From Octopus vulgaris (lineage: Eukaryota), in NCBI GenBank assembly GCA_951406725.2, contig OX597823.1, forward strand, positions 52,762,001 to 52,826,000: DNA of 64,000 bases, read 5' to 3'. The notes below the pieces were generated by a model. That model saw only the letters and a list, made by a program, of their open reading frames with translations, did not search any database and was not told the DNA's origin. The first letter of the stretch is position 1. Every line of letters starts with the position of its first letter. Positions 54,400 through 64,000 of this stretch are shown one piece after another. A program made the translations under genes and the position numbers.

Positions 54400-54631
54400 G
54401 TTTCTTTATTGCCCACGAGGGGCTAAACATAGAGGGGACAAACAAGGACAGACAAATGGATTAAGTCGATTACATCGACTACAGTGCGTATCTGGTACTT
54501 AATTTATCGACCCCGAAAGGATGAAAGGCAAAGTGGACCTCGGCGGAATTTGAACTCAGAACGCAACGACAGACGCAATACCGCTAAGCATTTCGCCCGG
54601 TGTGCTAACGTTTCTGCCAGCTCGCCGCCTT
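54400..54631 (-). mobile_element. SINE family A, full length with flanking duplication
   Basis: tttcgtagcaagtatatgtg occurs on both sides (~54381 and ~54633). Confidence 0.9.
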
Positions 54632-54659
54632 ATTTCGTAGCAAGTATATGTGCACAGTT

Positions 54660-55330
54660 TGCCTGTCTACCTTTAAATACCCCAATATCGGCCCATAACG
54701 CCATGTTTTCTACAAGTAGTCACATGACATGGTCACGTGATGGTTAAGTCCTTCAAGCTTTACGCGGGTTAGGTCATCCCATAACGTGAAGGAGCAGCCA
54801 AGCGCAGGAAAACTATGTTAGTTCGCTGGAGCCTACCATCAGCTTCAAAAGAGGAACCTTTTCCGTTTTTCTTCAGTGAGATGAGATGCATGGTCGAGTT
54901 CAAATTTCGGCGTAGAGGAGGTTTTTTTTTCGCAGGTAGCCTTTGATGCATACGTCTTTCCTGTCTTCCAGTAGAAGTCACGTCACGTTCTTGCTTTCCT
55001 GTTCTATTCAAGAATGTACTGCGTGAGAAACTAATATGTATATTTTCTGACGCTATCATTCAAGATGAATTACAACAACTTTGCCGTGTTAATGCTCTTT
55101 AATGGGTTGAATAAATCGTCGCATTTAATCTTACCTCGTTTTCTCGTTCTTCCTTTATCTGCATACACACATATATTGGAACTCAAGCCAGCTTAATTCT
55201 TCAACTAACTCACCTCGTTAAAGTCTCTAAAAAATCGCACGAACGTAAATGGTAGATCGTTTTCAAATCACGTTGATAAGAATTTAACGATTTCAATATG
55301 GGCCATTCCAAGTAATAGCGAATGTTTTAG
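54660..55330. promoter_or_regulatory. Candidate CpG-retaining promoter/first-exon region
   Basis: Unique CpG-containing sequence; CGCCATGTTT (YY1-like, 54699), GTCACATGAC and GTCACGTGA E-boxes (54719, 54732); minus-strand donors GAG|GTAAGA (55135) and GAG|GTGAGT (55214). Confidence 0.4.
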
Positions 55331-55480
55331 GCTTTCAAATTGAAGATATATTCACCAATTGAAGTGGGGGTACTTTTAGTAAATGCCTAGAAAACTAACG
55401 GCAATAAGTGTAATATCTTCCTTTGAATTTGGAAGTGAAACCAATATAGAATTTGAAAAATATATGTATATGTATGGAAA

Positions 55481-55835
55481 CAGGCGTGGCTGTGTGGTAA
55501 GAAGTTTGCTTCCGGGTTCAGTACCACTGCGCGGTACCTTGGTCAAGTGTATTCTACTCGAGCCGACCAAAGCCTCGTGAGTGGATTTGGTAGACGGTAA
55601 GTGAAAGGAGCCCGTCGTGTATATCTATGTGTGAGTGTGTCTTTGTGTTTTTGTTTGTCCCCCACCACCGCTTGGAAACCGGTGTTGGTCTGTTTACATC
55701 CCCGTAGCTTAAAAGTGACCGACAGAATATGTACTAGGCTTTAAAAAAGTTCTGGGATCTATTTGTTCAATTAAAAACCTTTCAAAGTGGTGCTCCAGTA
55801 GGGCCGCAGTCTTATGACTGAAACATACAAAAGAT
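55481..55835 (+). mobile_element. SINE family B
   Basis: Matches consensus with small deletions. Confidence 0.82.
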
Positions 55836-56398
55836 GATAGATTAACAGAAGATTCATAAACTACATTATTACGTTTTCATTAACTATTGGGTTAACAATT
55901 TTCTTTCACTCTACAGTTACGCTTTTTATCAGGTCTTAGCAAAGAATTCCTAGCGACAGGTAGAAAATTACTGGCAGTGATATTAGAAGAAATTTCATAA
56001 TTACAATCCTTGTGAAGGTAGCGAGATGGCAGAGTCCTAGGCACGCTAGACGAAATGCTTAGAGGTATTTCGTCCGTTGCTAAGTTCTGAATTCAAATTC
56101 CGCCGAAGTCGACTTTACCTTTCATCCTTTTGGGGTCGAAACACTGGAGTCGATGTAATCGACTAGTCCCCACCAACTCCAAATTTTAGGCCTTGTGCCT
56201 TTAGTAGTAAGGATTATTACCATCCTCTTTTTCACCCTCCCTAATTTACAACCAATACAAGAATCATACATACTGCCCTTAACATTTTGATAGTTTTAGT
56301 GCTATTATCAATATTGTTAATATTATCATTAGTACAACTATTAATACAATCTTTATCATTAGCATTATTGTTGGTGTTATTATTGCTATTGTTTATGG

Positions 56399-56448
<50 letters not shown>

Positions 56449-56460
56449 GTTTTATTATTA

Positions 56461-56865
56461 AAGCGACGAACTGGCAGAATCGTTATCCTGCCGGGCGGGC
56501 GAAATGCTTAGCGGTATTTCGTCTGCCGTTACGTTCTGAGTTCAAATTCCATCGAGGTCGACTTTGCCTTTCATCCTTTCGGGGTCGATAAATTAAGTAC
56601 CAGTTACGCACTGGGGTCGATGTAATCGACTTAATCCATTTGTCTGTCCTTGTTTGTCTCCTCTATGTTTAGCCCATTGTGGGTAATAAAGAAACAGGTA
56701 TTTTCTGCCTTTATGTTCTGAGTTCAAATTCCGCCGAGGTCGACTTTGCCTTTCATCCTTCCGGAGTAGATAAAATTAGTGCCAGTTACACACCAGGGTC
56801 GATGTAGTCGACTTAATCCCTTCCCCCAAATTTGAGGCCTTGTGCTTCTAGTAGAAAAGATTATT
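56461..56865 (+). mobile_element. SINE family A followed by a second 5'-truncated copy
   Basis: Two successive cores ending in the two alternative family A tails. Confidence 0.85.
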
Positions 56866-57982
56866 ATTATTATTACTTTCATTATCCATGTCACGACTCA
56901 TACTTTTATAAGAGTTGCGATAAGGATCTATACTTTTACAAGTAATTTATTTTGAGGGACAAGTATTATTAAATCTATAATTTTTATACTTCTTTAATTT
57001 AGATCGATTATTAGCTGTTATAATAATTACTAAATTAGACATAGTAGAATTAGAAAGTTTAACAGTAGACTTATTGAATATTTGATAGTACTTATGTTGA
57101 GGTGCAAAATTGTGGGCAATTTTCATTTTGACATATCTTGCAAGTGGAACGTTTTACCGCGTAATATTCCGTTTTCTGTTTCATCCATTCAGTGATAGGT
57201 TATTATGATGAATGATGGAAGAGTTATTCCTTACCTTAGTAAATGAATAAATGAATGTTTATTATAGAATATGGAGACTGGGAAATATTGCTTGCTACTA
57301 TCAGTATTTGAAATATGACAGTGATTTTTAAAACTTTAAAATCTTGAATTACTAGAAGCTAGCAAAGAATCATATTTCTTCAGTAGTAACAATGGTTTTA
57401 AAGTTTTCTATAGTATGTGGTACTCTGATTGTGATTTACAGAAATATAGTTCTTACTTATAGTGGGACTGATAGGTCTTGACAAGGAGAGTTTAGTATAA
57501 TTTTTATATTTAGATGGTGAAAGATTATATTTATCTTTGCTATTTGACAAAATAAAACAAAAAATATAACTACCCCACTTTCATTAGACAGCTTGTGACC
57601 ATTTACATTTATAATATGCTTTTTTAATTTTGGCACGGGGCCAATATTTTAACGGGAGGGATTTGATTACATCAACCTCAGTGCTCAACTGGTATTATTT
57701 TATTGACCCTGAAAGAATGAAATGCAAAGACAACAGAATTTGAAATCAGAAAGTAAAGAAAGACTAATGCTGTTAAACATTTTGTCTGACATACTGACGA
57801 TTTACATTATTTATATTTGACGGATATTTGTCTTCACCTTGTTTGTTGTTAACACAACGTTCCAGCTGATATATCTTCCAGTCTTCAAGTGTCTTGGGAA
57901 AATTTCGAACATGGGTTCTCATTCCTAAGGTATTTTTCAATGTTATTATTATTATTGTTATTATTATTATTATTATTTATTA

Positions 57983-58361
57983 CTAGCAGTATCACCCGGC
58001 GTTGCTCGGGTTTGTAAGGGAAATAACTATATAAGCATTTTTAGAGATGTAAAGTATAATAGCCATCTCAATATGGCTAACCACAAGGGGGGGGGTTACT
58101 GTAGCTTTTTACGTACTGAGATTTAATAATAAATTTTTAGAGAGTTACTTCCCTTATATATGCATTAAAAATGAGAAAAATTGATGGTAAATTTTTTTAA
58201 ATCGTAGACTAAACGTAGACGCGCGCTAATACCCAGAAGGGCTCGATATGAATCACGACTATAAGATACCCGGTTTTTGTTAAGCTGCACCGCAAAATGT
58301 GGGTGTAGTTAGGAATCTAAATCGTAGGAGACAGCACACAACCTCTCTTTTATATATAAAG

Positions 58362-58362
<1 letters not shown>
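57983..58362 (-). mobile_element. Non-autonomous Helitron (380 bp)
   Basis: Minus: A|TCTTTATATATAAAAGAG...CCCGAGCAACGCCGGG hairpin-tgatactg-CTAG|T; A/T insertion site, no TSD. Confidence 0.9.
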
Positions 58363-58975
<613 letters not shown>

Positions 58976-59090
58976 CAGGTCACTGCATGAATATTATTAT
59001 TCAGGTCACTGCATGAATAATAATAACAACAATAATAATAACATCGAAAAATACCTTAGGAATGAGAACCCAGGTTCAAAATTTCCCCAA

Positions 59091-59136
59091 GACACCTGAT
59101 GAAGGCTGGAGGGTATATCAGGCGAAACGTTGTGTT
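59091..59136 (+). ncRNA. Minimal type-I hammerhead ribozyme
   Basis: GACAC-CTGATGA-a-ggctg-gagggtatat-caggc-GAAA-CG-TT-GTGTT; loopless palindromic stem III (AACGTT), GUU triplet. Confidence 0.75.
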
Positions 59137-59881
59137 AATAACAAACAAGGTGAGGACAAATATCCGTCAAATGTAAATAATATAAATAATGTACATAATT
59201 CCTCATCTCTTAAATATAGAACTGTAAGCTGACGATTGTGAGCTTGCCTGCTTACTTAGAACTTTCATATTAATTACAATAATATTTAATACAGAATCTT
59301 ATTGCTGTCACTTTAAAGTTTTATCACGATTTACTTCAATTTTTTTTCACTCTTGTAGGATGGTAGACTCCATGTCAACCAAAGTACGTGGAAAGATATG
59401 TGTAAAGTGTGTTCATATACTTAGTATTCATGTGTCTGTTAGCATATGTGTAATTAATTAATGTTAGGATTGTGTAATCAACTAATTAATTTTACCTAAT
59501 CAGAAAACAGGATTTGGAAGCTAGCATTTTCTGCATGATAGCTGTATATCACAAAATGAAAGCAATATCATAAGGAGGATGAATTTTTATTAAACAATCG
59601 AAAGCAAGGCATTATGACAACCAAAATTGTAAAAACTTCTGAAGTTTTGATAAGTTTTAATGAATAAAGTCATGTGAAACAGTTAGACAAACATGTAAAT
59701 AATTTTAATAGGGGCGGGGTCCTCAACAACGTTTTTTCTGCAAAAAATTGCACAAATCTGTCCTGACCAAGAGGCCTATCTGTCAGGGAAGGCATGGTCT
59801 GACATGGAATAAACAAAAATTTATTTAAGATATTCTATTTCGAAAATTACCCAGCAACCATGGGCTATTCAGCTAATATTC

Positions 59882-59933
<52 letters not shown>

Positions 59934-60337
59934 TTAAGTGTGTGTCTTTGTTGTCTGTGTTTGTCCCCTCCCCCTCCATCACTTGACAATTGATGTTGGT
60001 GTTTTTACATTCCTGAAACTTAGCAGTTTGACAAAAGAGACCTACAGAATAAGTACTAGGCTTACAAAGAATAAGTCCTGGGATAATTTCTTTGACTAAA
60101 AACCCTTTAAGGTAATGCTCCAGCATGGCTGCAGTCAAATGACTGAAACAAATAAAAGAATATATATATATATTTGAAAAAAATTAATAGAAATGGTTTT
60201 TCTCATAATTTTTCCACATTAATAATTAGATATTTATAAGTTATGAAGGTATTCAAAAAAGGTGACTCGGATAGGAGTTTCTTGGTTAAAAGTGGCTTTG
60301 AAACTGATATTATTATCTAGTTTCAAGTATTTTTTCT

Positions 60338-60643
60338 CGCCCTTTTCAAGCCTAGCCAGGCTCATGGTCCCGGTTTCCCAGTTTCTGTGGTGTATGTGTC
60401 ACCCCCAACCAGCTGGACGGGCTGCCAATCCATTGCAGCATTACTCAAGAAACAGGAAGAGAGAGTGAGAGAAAGTTGCAGTGAAAGAGTACTACAGGGG
60501 TTACCATCACCCCCTGCTGGAGCCTCATGGAGCTTTTAGGTGTTTTCACTCAATAAACGCACACAACGCCCGGTCTGGGAATCGAAACCGCAATCCTCCG
60601 ACTGCAAGTTCGCTGCCCTAACCACTGGGCCATTGCACCTCCA
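60338..60643 (-). mobile_element. SINE family C
   Basis: Head and body match 29990-30168. Confidence 0.85.
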
Positions 60644-61288
60644 CAGTTTCAAGTATAATTGATTAAAATTACATTTAATATCAGAGTTCTGATTATTAAA
60701 ACATCTTAAAATTGATGGACTATTTGTTTTGTTAATATTGGTTTCACATTTTGGCACAAGGCCAGCAATTTCTGGGAATGGCATAAGACAATTACATCAC
60801 TCCAAAAAACCTTGGCAAAATTTGAACGCAAAATGTAAAGATGGGATGAAATAACACTAAACATTTTGTCCGATATGCTAATGATCCTGTCAACTCAGCA
60901 TAATTAAATTACTTATATTAACTAAAGAAAGAAGTTATCAAATTTTTTATTTTCTTATTTTGATTAGATTTTCCGATAACAGAATGCTGATAAAAGATTA
61001 CATTTCATATAGAATGGTTTCTAAAATCGTAAAATTATTCATAACTAGTTACTGAAGGTAACATTACCATCTACAAGAAATTTAGTAGAAAATTTAAAAT
61101 ACAACTTTAAAAGAAATATTATTAGCAACGGCAACAGTATTAATAGCAAATTTATCTCTACTTAAAAGTGGATATTGTGTTAAAACACAAAATACTGCAA
61201 AAGTTACCATGAGAGAAACTTTCATAATGGCTTTCAGTGTGTATAAGCACTCATGCTTATATTGCTAGAGGGAAGATAATTTACCTAC

Positions 61289-61443
61289 CATTGCCACCTC
61301 TGATACTACCAGATAAAGAGATCTTGGCCTTCTCTGGCTTTGCCATTGGTAGATCCCTGGACACTGGAGATGGGATATCTCTGCTAGTAATACATAGAAT
61401 CTCATTGTCTAAGGAGGTACTGGTGTCTCAAATAACCAGTGGG
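61289..61443 (-). other. Candidate exon with one in-frame stop
   Basis: Acceptor tttttttaataAG, donor G|GTAGGT; frame PLVI*DTSTSLDNEILCITSRDIPSPVSRDLPMAKPEKAKISLSGSIRGGN. Confidence 0.25.
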
Positions 61444-61908
61444 CTTATTAAAAAAATAATTAATAGTGACACAAGCAGTATAAATACCAAAAGGTATTAG
61501 TTATTCCCACTTAAGTTATGTTAGAACACAAAATACTACAATGAGAGAAACTCTCATATGGACATGTGGCACAAATAGACACCCTCATAACTTAAAAAAA
61601 ATTTTCATGAAGAATCTCATCAAATAAGGCCATTTCTTTTATCGTTTATCTTTTACTTGTTTCAGTCATTTAACTGTGGCCATGCTGGGGCACCACCTCA
61701 AAGGGTTTTTAGTCAAATAAATCAACTCCAAGTGCTATATTTGTTATTTCAAGTCTATTACTCTATTGGTTTCTTTTGCTGAACCATGAAGGCACAGAGC
61801 CATAAACAAACCAACACACTGATTGTTAAGAAGTGATGGGGGACAAACAAACACAAAGACACACATACATAGATATATGCATGCATACATAGACGTGTAT
61901 ATATATAC

Positions 61909-61955
<47 letters not shown>

Positions 61956-62285
61956 TAGATAGATAGATAGATAGATAGATTTCTTTATTGGCCATGCAGG
62001 GCTAAACACAGAAGGGACAAAATACAAAGTAGGGCTTTTCTTTTTGGGAAGAAAAGAAGGGGGAAAGGGGGGCAATTCCGATCAAAAGGGATCGTGAAAA
62101 AAAAAGAAAGTGGGGCCGATCAATAGGGATTGTGTATCACAGAAATGTCAATGTAAAAACAAATTAGGTTTGTCTTTGGAGAGAAAAGCCTATGGAAAAA
62201 ACCAGGGGAACCTTGGGCAATAGTGTCATGCAAAAAGAAAACACATTACAGTAAGTGGGTCACTTTTTTCCTTTTGCTTTTTTAG

Positions 62286-62316
<31 letters not shown>

Positions 62317-62581
62317 GATAGATAGATTCTTTCCGGTATATAAATTTATCAAAAGGATGTTTTATAATATATATGTATGTGTGTCTTTGTATTTGTCCCC
62401 CATCACCTCTTGACAACTTGTGTTCGTTTGTTTATGTCCCTGTAACTCAGTGATTTCACAAAATACACCGATAGAGTAAGTACCAATCTTCAAAAAAGAA
62501 AATGGCTGGAGTCAATTTATTCAACTAGACACTTCAAGGAGTTGCTCCATCATATTATACAGTAAGTTAATTTAATATTAA

Positions 62582-63095
62582 AATATTCTTTTCTACTTTA
62601 GGCACAAGGCCAGAAATTTTGGGGGAGGGAGCCAGTCGATTAGATCGACCCCAGTATGCAACTGGTACTTAATTTATCAACCCCGAAAGGATGAAAGACA
62701 AATTCAACCTCGGTGGAATTTGAATTCAAAATGTAAAGACAGACGAAATTAATATTCTTTTCTACTCTAGGCACAAGGCCTGAAATTTTTTGTGGGGAAG
62801 AGGCCAGTCGATTAGATCGACCCCAGTACGCAACTGGTACTTAATTTATCAACCCCGAAAGGATGAAAGACAAATTCAACCTCGGTGGAATTTGAACTCA
62901 AAATGTAAAGACAGACGAATTTAATATTCTTTTCTACTCTAGGCACAAGGCCTGAAATTTTTTGTGGGGAAGAGGCCAGTCGATTAGATCGACCCCAGTA
63001 CACAACTGGCACTTAATTTATCAACCCCAAAAGGATGAAAGGCAAAGTCAACCTGGGCAGAATTTGAACTCAGAACGTAAATACAGATGAAATCA
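62582..63095 (-). mobile_element. Recent tandem triplication of a ~170 bp SINE family A segment
   Basis: Three near-identical units starting aatattcttttctact at ~62582, ~62751, ~62923. Confidence 0.92.
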
Positions 63096-64000
63096 ATATT
63101 AAAATATTAAAACAGCAGTACATCATCAGAAAATATTTAGATAGTAATTTAGTTACGAAATGGATAAACAGAAAGGCAAAAAGTAAAATTTGAAAGGTTT
63201 AATGGCAACTATGAAATTAATGCAGTTGAAGTGTCTCTGGAATGGGTCAACTCGAGGAATTCATTCTAGTTGTAGCATAACACCAGTTGGAACTAAATGG
63301 TAGCAGTGAGAGAAGTAGCATTAATTGAATTAAAATTACTTGAAGGTATCATTATCCAGTGTAGCAGTAGGAATAGTAAGATGCTGAGTTTAGCAATAGA
63401 AATAGTAGAATTGAAAAAGCAAAAACAATTTTGCACCATTAGTAGAGATAATTACTATAGTAGTATTAATAATGATGATGATGGTGGTGGTGGTGGTGGG
63501 GCAGTAGCAGTGGTGGTGGTGGTGGTGGTGGTGGTGGTCTCAGGCATAGCTGCAGAAACTGCAAGTTATCTAGCAATTATTCAGTGAAATGAAATAATTT
63601 TAGATAACATCCCTTACGGAGAGCTCATTCTTCTTTGAATGATAAGAAAAGTGCATAATTATATTCTTTATATATTGAAATTCGTACATTGTTATAAACG
63701 CATTTCACTAATATATGTATTTACATATTTTTTTTGTATGTGTGTGTGTGTGTGTGTGTGCATATGTGTGCACACATGTGAGCACACACGTGTGTATGTT
63801 TGCACATGTATGTAGACACATATGCAAACATAAACAAGTGCTCACACACACACACATACACACATATAAGTACATAACTATAGTTATTCTAGGAATCTCC
63901 AACATGGTCAGTCAACATGGTAGAAATAGCAACGAAATATCCCTGAAATCATATCCAAACATCTTACAAAAGAATGCTTTGCATAATATAGCAAAAAGTG

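Overview
AT-rich, microsatellite-saturated animal genomic DNA. The SINE repertoire and the (TA)n/(CA)n/(ATT)n/(GATA)n load suggest a coleoid cephalopod, most likely Octopus (inference). No intact protein-coding gene can be supported: almost all listed ORFs are translated microsatellites. The window is a mosaic of at least four tRNA-derived SINE families, Tc1, mariner and maT (DD37D) remnants, TTAA (piggyBac-type) and TA MITEs, one non-autonomous Helitron, CR1-group and RTE LINE 3' fragments, and a U6 snRNA pseudogene abutting a SINE. There are also possible decayed minus-strand exons and a CpG-retaining candidate promoter near 54.7-55.3 kb. The most striking signal is about a dozen sequence-unrelated, minimal type-I hammerhead ribozyme motifs (CUGANGA...GAAA-palindromic stem III-NUH). 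Many sit in fold-back (inverted-repeat) elements next to (TA)n/(ATT)n tracts, which resembles non-autonomous Penelope-like/retrozyme elements. One, at 23529-23837, is a single rod-like hairpin with an intact GUC hammerhead at its tip. All folds and alignments were done by eye.
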